A DNA stretch of 64,000 nt from positions 2,660-66,659 of the forward strand of contig CAIKTE010000180.1 of the NCBI GenBank assembly GCA_903830285.1, written 5' to 3'. Positions 9,591-19,881 of the stretch are shown here, in pieces. Source of the DNA: an uncultured Chitinophagaceae bacterium (lineage in GTDB: Bacteria > Bacteroidota > Bacteroidia > Chitinophagales > Chitinophagaceae). The notes below the pieces were generated by a model that was given only the letters and a program-made list of their open reading frames with translations, searched no databases and was not told the origin of the DNA. The translations under genes and the position numbers were made by a program. Positions within the stretch are counted from its first letter, which is position 1. Each line of letters opens with the position of its first letter.

Positions 9591-10571
9591 TTGACAGACA
9601 CAATCATTAACCTCGAATCCGTTAATCCGATTGAATTCTTCGGTGTAAACAACGGAAAATTAGACCTGCTCAAAAAGAAATTTCCTTTATTAAAAATTCT
9701 CTCCCGTGGTACGCAGATAAAATTAAGCGGCGCACCTGAACAAATCGACAATGCGAAAGAGAAGATCGATCTCATCCTTCAATATCTCGAACGCAATGGT
9801 CATTTGAGTGAGAATTATTTTGAGCAGATCCTCGGCGGCGATGATGCCGAGACCATCGACAATTTCGTAGATAAAAATCCGAACGACATTTTAGTATTCG
9901 GACCAAATGGTAAAACAGTAAGGGCCAGAACAGCCAACCAGAAAAAAATGGTGCAGGCTGCAGACCGCAATGATGTTGTATTTGCCATCGGGCCTGCCGG
10001 TACAGGTAAGACCTATACTGCAGTTGCATTGGCAGTACGCGCATTAAAAAATAAAATGGTCAAGAAAATTATTTTGACCCGTCCCGCAGTTGAAGCAGGA
10101 GAAAGTTTAGGTTTTTTACCGGGTGATCTGAAAGAAAAGATCGACCCCTATTTACGCCCATTATATGATGCACTGGATGATATGATACCCGCTGATAAAT
10201 TGGGTTATTATATGACCACACGCACCATTGAAATTGCACCACTCGCTTATATGCGCGGAAGAACTTTGGATAATGCTTTCATCATTTTGGATGAAGCACA
10301 AAACACCAATGACCTTCAGCTGAAAATGTTTCTAACACGTATCGGTGCCAATGCAAAAGCCATCATTACAGGTGATCCAACACAGGTGGATCTGCCGAGA
10401 AATATGCGCAGCGGTTTGGATAAAGCCATTCGCATTCTCGACAATATCGATGGTATTGCACATATTGCTTTGAATGAAGAAGATGTGGTTCGTCACCGTT
10501 TGGTGAAATCGATCATCAAGGCTTATGAAAAAGAACACGAGAAAGAAGAACAGGCACACGGACATCGTTAA
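9591..10571 (+). CDS. phoH: PhoH-like ATPase (PhoH/YbeZ)
   Basis: Walker A GPAGTGKTY and ILDEAQN (Walker B), plus the ITGDPTQVDLP signature. TTG start per the track. Confidence 0.9.
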   Translation: MTDTIINLESVNPIEFFGVNNGKLDLLKKKFPLLKILSRGTQIKLSGAPEQIDNAKEKIDLILQYLERNGHLSENYFEQILGGDDAETIDNFVDKNPNDILVFGPNGKTVRARTANQKKMVQAADRNDVVFAIGPAGTGKTYTAVALAVRALKNKMVKKIILTRPAVEAGESLGFLPGDLKEKIDPYLRPLYDALDDMIPADKLGYYMTTRTIEIAPLAYMRGRTLDNAFIILDEAQNTNDLQLKMFLTRIGANAKAIITGDPTQVDLPRNMRSGLDKAIRILDNIDGIAHIALNEEDVVRHRLVKSIIKAYEKEHEKEEQAHGHR

Positions 10572-10592
10572 AATATTTGTTTGATAAAACAG

Positions 10593-10619
10593 AAGGCGGC
10601 TTTGGCTGCCTTTTGTTTT
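10593..10619 (+). terminator. Rho-independent terminator after phoH
   Basis: AAGGCGGC-TTTG-GCTGCCTT stem with one G.T pair, followed by TTGTTTT. Confidence 0.55.
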
Positions 10620-10714
10620 ATAGAATCATTAGGATTGTTAAAACCCTATCATTCGATCAACATGAAAGAAAATGGTTATTTTTGATGACTATTCTAACAC
10701 AAAAAAAGGATAAA

Positions 10715-11716
10715 ATGAAAAAGCTTGTATTTCTTCTGCTCCTTGCATGCGCTGTAAATGGCAACGCACAAACAATCGGAGCCGAACCCATTAAGAAGAG
10801 TACATATGATCCCAATGCTTTAAAATATTCAGGGTCCATACGATCTGCAAAAAAACCTGTTAGCACTAAAAAATCATTTTCTTCCGCTCCTGCATCAAAT
10901 ACATCGACAAATACAGCGACACATGCATCAACAACAACACCTGCTATTTATCCGGATCAAAATCCCTCTTCGAAAAATATTGTATATCAATATATAGATA
11001 CTTTATACCCTAACAGTGAAAATCATTTTCCCTTACAGGGCAATGCCGGCATTGGAACCAATGCGCCACAAGCTGCTTTAGAGATCAAAAGAAATGCAGG
11101 TGATACCAGAAAGAAAAATGTTTTATTACAACTCAGTAATCAATGGTCGGCAAACGGGCAAAACGAACCCAGTATCATGTTTTCAAATGGTGACATCAGT
11201 TCTATTGAAAATGTAAGTTACTGGACGATCGGTGCCAGGGTTTCAGGAGATAAAACATTGAATACGCCGCAGACCTTTAAAATTTCTCATAAACCTATAG
11301 GGAGCAATGTGGAAATGGAATATTTTTCTATTGACTCTTATCAGGGCAAAGTAAAAATCGGTGATGTGAATTCTAATGTGGATGGCTATAAATTATTTGT
11401 GGAGGAAGGCATCCTGACAGAAAAAGTTAAAGTAGCTGTGAAGAATTCTGATGACTGGTTCGATAATGTTTTTAATAAAGATTATAAATTGATATCATTA
11501 AATAGTTTAAATGATTATATCAACATCTATCATCATTTACCGGATATGCCAACAACAGATGAAGTAATGAAAAATGGCATTGATCTCGGAAAAATGAATG
11601 GCTTGCTGTTAAAGAAAGTAGAAGAACTGACAAAATATATGATCGAAATTAAAACTGAATTAGATCAAACAAAAAAAGATCTGGAAGAAACAAAGAAGAT
11701 GATCCATAAAAATTAA
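10715..11716 (+). CDS. secreted protein with a tail-fibre-like C-terminal module and terminal coiled coil
   Basis: Track ORF 10577..11716. I prefer ATG 10715 (MKKLVFLLLLACAVNGNAQ signal peptide). S/T-rich linker, a GNAGIGTNAPQAALEI motif, and C-terminal DWFDNVFNKDYKLISLNSLNDYINIYHHLPDMPTTDEV...LLLKKVEELTKYMIE. Confidence 0.7.
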   Translation: MKKLVFLLLLACAVNGNAQTIGAEPIKKSTYDPNALKYSGSIRSAKKPVSTKKSFSSAPASNTSTNTATHASTTTPAIYPDQNPSSKNIVYQYIDTLYPNSENHFPLQGNAGIGTNAPQAALEIKRNAGDTRKKNVLLQLSNQWSANGQNEPSIMFSNGDISSIENVSYWTIGARVSGDKTLNTPQTFKISHKPIGSNVEMEYFSIDSYQGKVKIGDVNSNVDGYKLFVEEGILTEKVKVAVKNSDDWFDNVFNKDYKLISLNSLNDYINIYHHLPDMPTTDEVMKNGIDLGKMNGLLLKKVEELTKYMIEIKTELDQTKKDLEETKKMIHKN

Positions 11717-11733
11717 TTCGAACTTATATCATT

Positions 11734-11768
11734 AAAAAGCCGCAGATAAAATTTGTCTGCGGCTTTTT
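11734..11768. terminator. bidirectional terminator between 10715..11716 (+) and ribBA (-)
   Basis: A5-GCCGCAGA-loop-TCTGCGGC-T5. Confidence 0.75.
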
Positions 11769-11800
11769 AATTATTGAAATGACCGGTTAAATTATAAGGA

Positions 11801-13006
11801 TCATTTTCCTTTCAAAATATCATGACCCATTTTATCGCGCTTGGTGGTAAGATATTTTTCGTTGAAAGGATTTGATGCGATCTCAATAGGAACAATATCT
11901 ACGATCTCCAATCCATATCCTTTTAATGCGGCACGTTTACGGGGGTTGTTACTCATTAGTTTTAATTTGGTAACACCTAATTTTCTGAGCATCTGTGCAC
12001 CCACGCCGTAATCTCTTTCATCCATACCGAAACCCAGGTGCAGATTAGCTTCTACGGTATCCATTCCCTCTTCCTGTAATTTATAAGCCTTTAATTTATT
12101 GATCAATCCAATGCCTCTTCCTTCCTGATTCATGTATAAAATAACACCTTTGCCTTCGGCCTCTACCATTTGCATGGCTTTATGCAATTGATCGCCGCAA
12201 TCGCATCTGAAGCTACCTAATATATCTCCTGTAAAACAACTGCTGTGTACCCTTGTGAGAATAGGTTCACTTTCATTCCATGTTCCTTTTATTAATGCAA
12301 GATGCTCAGCACCGGATGTCTTTTCTTTAAAAGCTGCTAATTTAAAATGGCCATATTTAGTAGGCATTTCAACACGGGTGATCTCTTCTACCAGAGAATC
12401 TGTTTGTAAACGGTATTCGATCAGATCCTTGATAGAAATGATCGTAAGATCGAATCTTTTTGCAATTGTCAATAGTTGGGCTAATCGAGCCATGGTTCCG
12501 TCTTCATTCATCACTTCAACCAGGACGCCTGCATGCGCCAAACCGGCTAATCGGGCCAGGTCGATCGTAGCTTCAGTATGGCCTGCCCTTCTTAAAACAC
12601 CCCCTGTTTTAGCCCTTAGTGGGAAAATATGCCCCGGCCTGCCCAGATCATCCGCTTTCGTTTCGGGATGGATCAATGCTGCAATGGTTTTGGCCCTGTC
12701 CTGAGCAGATATCCCTGTGGTGGTACCCTGACCGATGAGATCGATGGATACTGTAAAGGCAGTTTCATGTAAAGAGGTATTGGAAGTCACCATGGGCTGC
12801 AGATCCAACTGCCTGCATCTTTCCTCGGTTAATGCCACACAAATCAAGCCCCGTCCCTCTTTGCTCATAAAGTTGATCACTTCAGGGGACGCAAATTCTG
12901 CTGCAATAATGAAGTCACCTTCATTTTCACGGTCTTCATCATCCACTACAATAACCATTTTACCATTCCTGATCGCTTCTATTCCTTCAACTATAGTATT
13001 CAGCAT
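11801..13006 (-). CDS. ribBA: bifunctional 3,4-dihydroxy-2-butanone-4-phosphate synthase / GTP cyclohydrolase II
   Basis: N-terminal half [14 protein letters not shown]...[13 protein letters not shown] (RibB). C-terminal half [21 protein letters not shown]...[11 protein letters not shown] (RibA zinc site). Confidence 0.95.
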   Translation of the reverse strand: MLNTIVEGIEAIRNGKMVIVVDDEDRENEGDFIIAAEFASPEVINFMSKEGRGLICVALTEERCRQLDLQPMVTSNTSLHETAFTVSIDLIGQGTTTGISAQDRAKTIAALIHPETKADDLGRPGHIFPLRAKTGGVLRRAGHTEATIDLARLAGLAHAGVLVEVMNEDGTMARLAQLLTIAKRFDLTIISIKDLIEYRLQTDSLVEEITRVEMPTKYGHFKLAAFKEKTSGAEHLALIKGTWNESEPILTRVHSSCFTGDILGSFRCDCGDQLHKAMQMVEAEGKGVILYMNQEGRGIGLINKLKAYKLQEEGMDTVEANLHLGFGMDERDYGVGAQMLRKLGVTKLKLMSNNPRKRAALKGYGLEIVDIVPIEIASNPFNEKYLTTKRDKMGHDILKGK

Positions 13007-13250
13007 TTCTAGATATTTTTTCTTGGCAAAATTACAGTTCCTGCAACAGTAAAGATTTGCTGATTACAAATTGATTCCTCAGTTTGTAAGAAATTGGTCA
13101 AAAAAGCTGCATTTGGGCTGTACAAAATCTAAGGAGGGTCGCAAACACAAAAGAAACTAACATATTCTGAATAAAAAAAACAGTTTGTTAATATTATGTT
13201 GCAATAGTAAAGGGATTATTTGCTTTATTTGCAACTGAAAATTTAACATT

Positions 13251-16200
13251 ATGCTTAGTAAAAAATTTTTATCACTACTATTGGCTGTAACATTATCAGT
13301 CACGTTAATGGCGCAAGAAACTACGTCTGAAATTCAGGGTACCGTTTCAGATGGTGCAAACTTAGTTGCCGGCGCTTCAATTACAGCCATACACACTCCA
13401 ACAGGTACAAGGTATGTTACTACCACTCGTAAAGATGGTCGTTACAATTTATCCAACCTTAAAATTGGTGGGCCTTACACAGTAACAGCCAGTTTTGTGG
13501 GTTACAAGACCGAAAAACAAGAAGGAATCATTCTTGCTTTAGGTCAGGAATTCAGAGCTGATTTTGGCTTAAAATTAGACACTAAGACACTGGAAAGTGT
13601 TACCGTAAACACTACAGCCCGTCAGAATAAAATATTCAGCACTAGCCGTACCGGTAGCCAGGAAGTAGTTACAAGAGCTCAAATTGAGCAATTGCCTACG
13701 ATCAACCGTTCTATCAGTGACTTTACAAGATTGGAACCAACAGCAAATGGTTTAAGCATAGGTGGTCGTACCAGTCAGTATAATAACATGACATTGGATG
13801 GTGCTAACTTCAATAACAGTTTTGGTTTATCTTCTACTTTGGGCGGACAAACAAGTTCTCAGCCTGTTAGTATGGAAGCGATCGAACAAATTCAAGTTCA
13901 GGTTTCTCCTTATGATGTAAAACAAGGCGGATTTGCAAGTACAGGTATCAATACAGTAAGTAAAAGTGGTACCAACACTTTCAAAGGAACTGTTTATACT
14001 TATATGAAAAATCAGAATTATCAAGGTTATAATGTAAGTGGTGTAACCGTTCCTAAGACCGACTTTAATTATAAGATCCAGGGTATTTCATTGGGTGGAC
14101 CGATCATCAAGAATAAAGTCTTCTTCTTCTTCAGTGGAGAACAAGTAAGACAAACTGCACCTTCTTCCAGTTATATAGCTTCAGATGCATCGCATCCGAT
14201 CGCTTCCGGTTCAGTTTCTCAGGCAAATGCTGATACTTTAACAGCTTTATCAAATTTTTTACAGAGCAAGTATAATTATAATCCCGGTGCTTTTCAGAAC
14301 TTCTCTTTCCAAACTAACAGTGATAAGATCACTGCTAAATTAGATTTCAACTTAGGTAACAGCACATTGACTTTAAAATACAATTATTTAAAATCATTTG
14401 CTGACCAGTTTGCAAGTACCAGCAGACCAGGTAGTGGATTTGTTACTGGTGGTCAACCGGGTAATACTTCAATGCCTTTCTTCGGAAGCGGTTATGTGAT
14501 CAACAATAACTTCAACATCTTCTTAGCAGAATTGAATACAAGGTTCAGTAATAAATCAACAAACAAATTCCAGGTTGGTTATACTGCATTAAGAGATTTC
14601 CGTTCAGCACATACAGCTTCTGATTTCCCATTAGTGGATATCCTGAATGGTGGTAATATCATGACAACTTTCGGATACGAGCCTTATACTTATAATAACG
14701 TATTGAATACCGATGTATATCAATTCAACGACGTCTTTACTTTATATAAAGGTGCTCATGAGATCACTATCGGAACTCAGAACTCTTACAAAAAATATCA
14801 GAACGCATTTGCACCGGGATGGAATGGTGCTTATCAATTCAATTCCCTGACTGATTTCTATAATGCCGCAAATAACGGTACTATGAATACTTCAGGAACT
14901 ACTACTACCAATAAGACCGGATATTATTTACAATATTCAGCTTTACCTGGTGGTGCATTCCCATGGGCTTATGCCGGTTCAACTGAGTTGAGCTTGTTCT
15001 TACAAGACAAATGGCGTATGTCTCAGAATTTCACATTGACTTATGGTATCCGTGCAGACTATACTGCTTATAAACAAGCTATGACCGATAATGCAGATTT
15101 TGATGCTTTAAAATTCAAAGATGGCGTTTCCTATAATATTGGTCAGGCCCCAATGACTAATCTGATCATCTCTCCAAGAGTTGGATTTAACTGGGATGTA
15201 TTGGGTGATAAAACATTACAATTCCGTGGTGGATTTGGTGTATTTGAAGGCGCTCCACCATTTGTATGGGTTAGTAACCAAGCAAGTAATAATGGTGTAC
15301 AGTTCGGTTCATTTACTGCAAACGTAGGTGGATCTACTTCAGCTACACCTAGTTCATATATTGGTTCATATCCTTTCAGTGCTGACGTTAATAAATACAG
15401 ACCTTCAAGTGGTGCTGCACTTTCTTCTTACAGTACTGCATTGGTTGCAAGCAATTTCAAATATCCTACTGTGTTAAAGACCACTATCGCAATGGATAAG
15501 AAATTCGCAAAAGACTGGATCTTTACAATTGAAGCAAATTATTCAAGAGATCTGAATGCCGTTTATTATTCAAACACCAATCTTAATGAGACCAATGCTT
15601 ATGCTTTGGCAGGTGCTGATAACAGATCTCGTTATTTGACAACAGTGTCTACCAGTAACAAATATTATTACGCAGGTACTTCATCAAAAAATCCGAATAT
15701 TGGTAACAGCATCTTAATGAGTAATAATTCACAAGGATTTGTATTTACCGGAACTTTCAGGATTCAAAAGAGTACACGTAATTTCACAGGATCATTGGCT
15801 TATACTTATCAATCAGCTTTGAATACTGCTGAAGGTGGAAGTACAGCTTCTTCTTTATGGAGTGCTGCTGCTGTTGGAAATCAAGATCCTAATGCTGCTA
15901 ATTTAGGTTTTGCTTCTTATTATCAACCACATCGTATCATTGCTGCTATCACTTACAAATTAGTAGAGAGCAAAATGTTCAACACTACTTTTGGTGCTGT
16001 TTACGAAATTGCTCCTAATGGTACTGGTAACTATACTTACAATGGCGATTTAAACGGTGATGGTAATACAGGTAATGATCTGATCTTTATTCCTAAAACT
16101 CAGGGTGATATTAATCTTGTAAGAGCAGGTTCAGGTGGTAATGGTACTACTGCTACTCCTGCAGATGCAAGAACTGCCGGACAGATTTGGAGCCAATTGG

Positions 16201-16613
16201 ATGCTTTCATTCAAACAAGCCCTTACCTGAAAAAACACCGTGGTGAATATGCAGAAAGAAATGCGAATGTGTATCCTATGTTCAATAAACTGGATGTGAA
16301 TGTTACACAGAACATCAATTTCAAGGCAGGAACTACCATGCATACATTGCAAATTTCGCTTGATCTGATCAATGCTGGTAATTTGATCAACAATCATTGG
16401 GGAGTGGCACAATCACCGATTGTCAGCAATTTCCTGAAGTATGAAGGTTTAGTTACTTCTACTTCAAATGCGAATGGTGCTGCATTGAATACACCTTCAT
16501 ACTCAATGCCATACCAAACAGGTTCAACTCCATATTCAAATGCATTCGGAAATACAACAAGTATTTTCTCACGCTGGCAGATGCAATTGGGTCTCAGATA
16601 TTTGTTTAACTAA
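13251..16613 (+). CDS. TonB-dependent outer-membrane receptor with N-terminal carboxypeptidase-regulatory-like domain (Oar-like)
   Basis: Signal peptide, then GTVSDGANLVAGASITAIHTPTGTRYVTTTRKDGRYNLSNLKIGGPYTVTASFVGY (CarboxypepD_reg). A plug region follows, then a long beta-barrel ending in an aromatic residue near the C-terminus (LRYLFN). Confidence 0.9.
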   Translation: MLSKKFLSLLLAVTLSVTLMAQETTSEIQGTVSDGANLVAGASITAIHTPTGTRYVTTTRKDGRYNLSNLKIGGPYTVTASFVGYKTEKQEGIILALGQEFRADFGLKLDTKTLESVTVNTTARQNKIFSTSRTGSQEVVTRAQIEQLPTINRSISDFTRLEPTANGLSIGGRTSQYNNMTLDGANFNNSFGLSSTLGGQTSSQPVSMEAIEQIQVQVSPYDVKQGGFASTGINTVSKSGTNTFKGTVYTYMKNQNYQGYNVSGVTVPKTDFNYKIQGISLGGPIIKNKVFFFFSGEQVRQTAPSSSYIASDASHPIASGSVSQANADTLTALSNFLQSKYNYNPGAFQNFSFQTNSDKITAKLDFNLGNSTLTLKYNYLKSFADQFASTSRPGSGFVTGGQPGNTSMPFFGSGYVINNNFNIFLAELNTRFSNKSTNKFQVGYTALRDFRSAHTASDFPLVDILNGGNIMTTFGYEPYTYNNVLNTDVYQFNDVFTLYKGAHEITIGTQNSYKKYQNAFAPGWNGAYQFNSLTDFYNAANNGTMNTSGTTTTNKTGYYLQYSALPGGAFPWAYAGSTELSLFLQDKWRMSQNFTLTYGIRADYTAYKQAMTDNADFDALKFKDGVSYNIGQAPMTNLIISPRVGFNWDVLGDKTLQFRGGFGVFEGAPPFVWVSNQASNNGVQFGSFTANVGGSTSATPSSYIGSYPFSADVNKYRPSSGAALSSYSTALVASNFKYPTVLKTTIAMDKKFAKDWIFTIEANYSRDLNAVYYSNTNLNETNAYALAGADNRSRYLTTVSTSNKYYYAGTSSKNPNIGNSILMSNNSQGFVFTGTFRIQKSTRNFTGSLAYTYQSALNTAEGGSTASSLWSAAAVGNQDPNAANLGFASYYQPHRIIAAITYKLVESKMFNTTFGAVYEIAPNGTGNYTYNGDLNGDGNTGNDLIFIPKTQGDINLVRAGSGGNGTTATPADARTAGQIWSQLDAFIQTSPYLKKHRGEYAERNANVYPMFNKLDVNVTQNINFKAGTTMHTLQISLDLINAGNLINNHWGVAQSPIVSNFLKYEGLVTSTSNANGAALNTPSYSMPYQTGSTPYSNAFGNTTSIFSRWQMQLGLRYLFN

Positions 16614-16633
16614 TTATTTGAAACTTTTCCATA

Positions 16634-16668
16634 TAAAAAAACCGCTTCAAATTTGAAGCGGTTTTTTT
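16634..16668. terminator. bidirectional Rho-independent terminator
   Basis: A7-CCGCTTCAAA/TTTGAAGCGG-T7 perfect palindrome between convergent genes. Confidence 0.85.
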
Positions 16669-16690
16669 GTGCTTGTTTTACAAGAAGAAA

Positions 16691-17470
16691 TTATCTTTTG
16701 CCCCATCCCCATTTTAAAAAATCAGGGAATGCTCTGGCCCATGTTTCTACATCATGCTTGCCATCTTCCAGTTCAAAGTATTTGATATGCTGATCGGTAT
16801 AGCCTTTTGCTTTCAATTCAACGATCAGATCCAGGGTATCGTCAATGCTGTCGATCACACCATTCTTATTCCTGTCTTCTGTTTCATCCAATGCACCGCA
16901 TTCAAAAAAGAATTGAAGCCATGGATAAAAATGACCATTCAAGATCTGTAAATGCATGAGGCGATCTGTTTCATCATTATATTCATCATTGTATCCTTTT
17001 CTTCTCCACCATAAGCTTCCGCTGAAGACTCCTATCTTAGAAAATTCATCTGCATGATTATAAACGATATCCAGAGCACTCAAACCACCCAAAGAAAATC
17101 CCGCAAACGATTTCTCTTTAAAAGAAGGCGCATTGTATGTTTTACGGATAAAAGGCAGTAACTCGTCAAAAATGAATTTAGCGTACAAACCTGCTTTATC
17201 ACCCCTCCCTTTAAAATCGGCGCTGTAAGCAGTGCCGTATTCGCGTTTTCTTTCAGCACCGCAATGAATGCCGATGCACATGATCGGTTCGATTTCCTGT
17301 TCAGAGATCAACCTGTCGAGTATTTCGTTAAATGGCATTTTTACTAGGTCCTGCCCGTCATTGATCAGCAATAGATTCATTAATTCGGGGTGAGAAAACA
17401 GTGCCGGGCGATATACATCTGCTATAATATCTCTTTCCAGATATTGTGATGTAATGATGTGTTGTTCCAT
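16691..17470 (-). CDS. esterase family alpha/beta hydrolase (putative-esterase / enterochelin-esterase-like fold)
   Basis: GFSLGG nucleophile elbow with distal D/H. Track ORF runs to 17533. I prefer the start at MEQHIITSQY (17470) because a TACATTTG box sits at 17515-17522. ATG 17509 is also possible. Confidence 0.75.
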   Translation of the reverse strand: MEQHIITSQYLERDIIADVYRPALFSHPELMNLLLINDGQDLVKMPFNEILDRLISEQEIEPIMCIGIHCGAERKREYGTAYSADFKGRGDKAGLYAKFIFDELLPFIRKTYNAPSFKEKSFAGFSLGGLSALDIVYNHADEFSKIGVFSGSLWWRRKGYNDEYNDETDRLMHLQILNGHFYPWLQFFFECGALDETEDRNKNGVIDSIDDTLDLIVELKAKGYTDQHIKYFELEDGKHDVETWARAFPDFLKWGWGKR

Positions 17471-17514
17471 CAATATATTAGATAAGACCGTTGTTCTTTC
17501 TTGAGGCATAGCCT

Positions 17515-17522
17515 CAAATGTA
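17515..17522 (-). promoter_or_regulatory. candidate -7 promoter box (TACATTTG) for the esterase gene
   Basis: The reverse complement of caaatgta matches TAnnTTTG. Confidence 0.3.
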
Positions 17523-17648
17523 AGGCAAAGCATTTAGAGATAAACTTCAAGATTTACACAGGATTTTACTGAAATGTAAATGAGTTTATTTAAATTGAAA
17601 TCGAAACGCATCATCAACCATTTTATTTTACAACATAAAAGATCGCGC

Positions 17649-18602
17649 ATGAAAAAGATCGGCATATTACACGGAAAGGAAAGAAGTTTCCCCGATGCAT
17701 TTGTTGAAAGGATCAACAGTAAAAATATTCCAGGTGTTATTGCAGAAGCGGTAAAGATCGATAAGGTCATGCAAGGTGTTGCAACCGAGTATGCAGTTAT
17801 TATAGACCGCATCAGTCAGGATGTTCCTTTCTATCGCGCTTATTTAAAGAATGCTGCACTATGCGGAACAGCAGTGATCAATAACCCCTTTTGGTGGAGT
17901 GCTGATGAGAAATTCTTTAATAACTGTTTGGCAACAAAGATCGATGTGCCCGTACCAAAAACGGTGATACTTCCTTCGCATGATCTGCCTGATGATACTT
18001 CTGCTGAATCATTTGCCAATCTTTCTTATCCGCTGGACTGGGAGAATATTTTTAGTTATGTTGGTTTTCCCGCTTATATGAAACCCTTTGCAGGCGGGGG
18101 CTGGAAGAATGTATATCGATTGACTGATAAAGAAGATTTTTTTATTAAACATGCAGAGACCAATCAATTGGTCATGCTATTGCAGGAAGAAATTGTTTTT
18201 GATGAATATTATCGTTGCTATTGCATTGGAGGTAAGCATGTTCGCATCATGCCTTATGAACCTCGCAATCCGCATCATCTTCGTTATGTTGCCAACTTTA
18301 ATCCTTCGCCCGAAAGATTAAAACAAATGGAAGATATTGTACTTCGTATCAACCATTATTTGGGATATGATTTTAATACCGTAGAATTGGCATTACGCGA
18401 TGGAGTGCCTTATGCCATTGATTTCTGTAACCCTGCACCAGATGCTGAAAAGACAAGTGTTGGTGAAGAAAATTTTGCATGGGTGGTTGAAACTGCTGCC
18501 AATTATGCCATAGAAAAAGCATTGACACATGTTGACGGAGCTGATAATTTAACATGGGGGGAATATATCAAACGAGGCTCTGTAAAAACTGCATTGTATT
18601 AG
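17649..18602 (+). CDS. ATP-grasp family ligase (RimK / glutathione-synthetase-like)
   Basis: Track ORF 17580..18602. I prefer ATG 17649 (MKKIGILHG). Pre-ATP-grasp layout, glycine-rich KPFAGGGWKNVY, late E..N pattern (VELALRDGVPYAIDFCNP). Confidence 0.7.
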   Translation: MKKIGILHGKERSFPDAFVERINSKNIPGVIAEAVKIDKVMQGVATEYAVIIDRISQDVPFYRAYLKNAALCGTAVINNPFWWSADEKFFNNCLATKIDVPVPKTVILPSHDLPDDTSAESFANLSYPLDWENIFSYVGFPAYMKPFAGGGWKNVYRLTDKEDFFIKHAETNQLVMLLQEEIVFDEYYRCYCIGGKHVRIMPYEPRNPHHLRYVANFNPSPERLKQMEDIVLRINHYLGYDFNTVELALRDGVPYAIDFCNPAPDAEKTSVGEENFAWVVETAANYAIEKALTHVDGADNLTWGEYIKRGSVKTALY

Positions 18603-18626
18603 TAATATCCAATTAAAATAAAAAGC

Positions 18627-19736
18627 ATGGCACATATTGATTTCAGGCATTTTACTTTAGGTGTTGAAGAAGAATACATGGTCATTGATCCAGTAACGCG
18701 TGAATTAAAAAGTCATGAACAGAAGATCGTAAGCGAAGGCCATAAGGTGATCAAAGATAAAGTGAAAGCAGAAATGCATCAGGCCGTGGTAGAAGTGGGT
18801 ACTGATATCTGTGCCGATGCTGAAGAAGCTTATAATGATGTTGCTACACTTCGAGGAACCATTGCTGAAATTGCCGGTAGTATGGGATTATGGGTGGGTG
18901 CATCAGGAACACATCCTTTCAGTAATTGGAACAGCCAATTGATAACAGATCATGATCGCTATCACCAAATAGTAAATGAGTTACAGGATGCTGCAAGAAG
19001 CAATCTTATTTTCGGGCTACATGTGCATGTTGGAATGGAAGACAGGAAGATGGCTATCCATATTGCCAACAGTGCCAGATATTTTTTACCGCATGTGTAT
19101 GCGCTGAGCACCAATTCTCCTTTTTGGGAAGGAAGATTAACCGGCTATAAATCTTATCGTACTAAAGTGTTTGATAAGTTTCCGCGTACCGGTATCCCTG
19201 ATTATTTTGAAAGCATTGAAGCCTATGATAATTATGTGTCGTTATTGATCAAGACAAATTGCATCGATAATGCCAAGAAGATTTGGTGGGACCTGCGGGT
19301 TCATCCTTTTTTTAATACTGTTGAGTTTCGCATTTGTGATATCCCGATGACCGTTAATGAAACCATTGCCATTGCTTCTTTATTCCAGGCCATTTGTGCA
19401 AAACTGTATAAACTACGCAATAAGAACCTGAACTTCATCATCTATCAACGCGCATTATTGAATGAAAATAAGTGGCGAGCAAGCAGGTATGGAATTGACG
19501 GAATGATGATAGATTTCGGGAAAGAAACCGAAGTAAATACCCGTTTGCTCTTATATGAATTATTGGATTTTGTGGACGACGTTGTCGATGATCTGGGCTG
19601 CAGAAATGCCATGAGCTATCTCCATAAAATGATCGAACAGGGAACAGGGGCCGACAGGCAATTAAAAGTCTATGAAGAAACAAATAGTATGATTAGTGTA
19701 GTCGATTATATACACGACCAATTTCTTACACAATAA
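18627..19736 (+). CDS. carboxylate-amine ligase, glutamate-cysteine ligase family 2 (YbdK-like)
   Basis: FTLGVEEEYMVID opening, GLHVHVG, and the RTG.P...WWDLR.HP...VEFRICD signature of GCS2 enzymes. Confidence 0.85.
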   Translation: MAHIDFRHFTLGVEEEYMVIDPVTRELKSHEQKIVSEGHKVIKDKVKAEMHQAVVEVGTDICADAEEAYNDVATLRGTIAEIAGSMGLWVGASGTHPFSNWNSQLITDHDRYHQIVNELQDAARSNLIFGLHVHVGMEDRKMAIHIANSARYFLPHVYALSTNSPFWEGRLTGYKSYRTKVFDKFPRTGIPDYFESIEAYDNYVSLLIKTNCIDNAKKIWWDLRVHPFFNTVEFRICDIPMTVNETIAIASLFQAICAKLYKLRNKNLNFIIYQRALLNENKWRASRYGIDGMMIDFGKETEVNTRLLLYELLDFVDDVVDDLGCRNAMSYLHKMIEQGTGADRQLKVYEETNSMISVVDYIHDQFLTQ

Positions 19737-19881
19737 AACTGTTAAAAAGCCCTGAATCTGAAGTCAGACAGGCTTAGCCGAATACATTTTTTGTAATTTC
19801 ATTCAGGAAAACCTGCCTTTTCAGGCAGCAACTAAGTATCCTATGGCATCTATTGAATGAAACAACCTAAAACTGCCCCAA

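Noticed and set aside
12255-13052. Antisense ORFs within ribBA
   Set aside because: They are shadow ORFs; ribBA motifs are unambiguous on the minus strand.
13007-13250. FMN (RFN) riboswitch upstream of ribBA, and likewise upstream of ribD (49980-50016)
   Set aside because: I could not find the conserved RFN core. The GGGGCAGGGTGAAATTCCC-type and GGATGGGAGAA-type blocks I recall are absent. The ribD leader is only about 37 nt.
16691-17470. Esterase + TonB-dependent receptor as a siderophore uptake/hydrolysis pair
   Set aside because: The genes are convergent and separated by a strong bidirectional terminator. The receptor is of the Oar/CarboxypepD_reg type rather than a FepA/FhuA-type siderophore receptor. 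No other iron-related genes are nearby.
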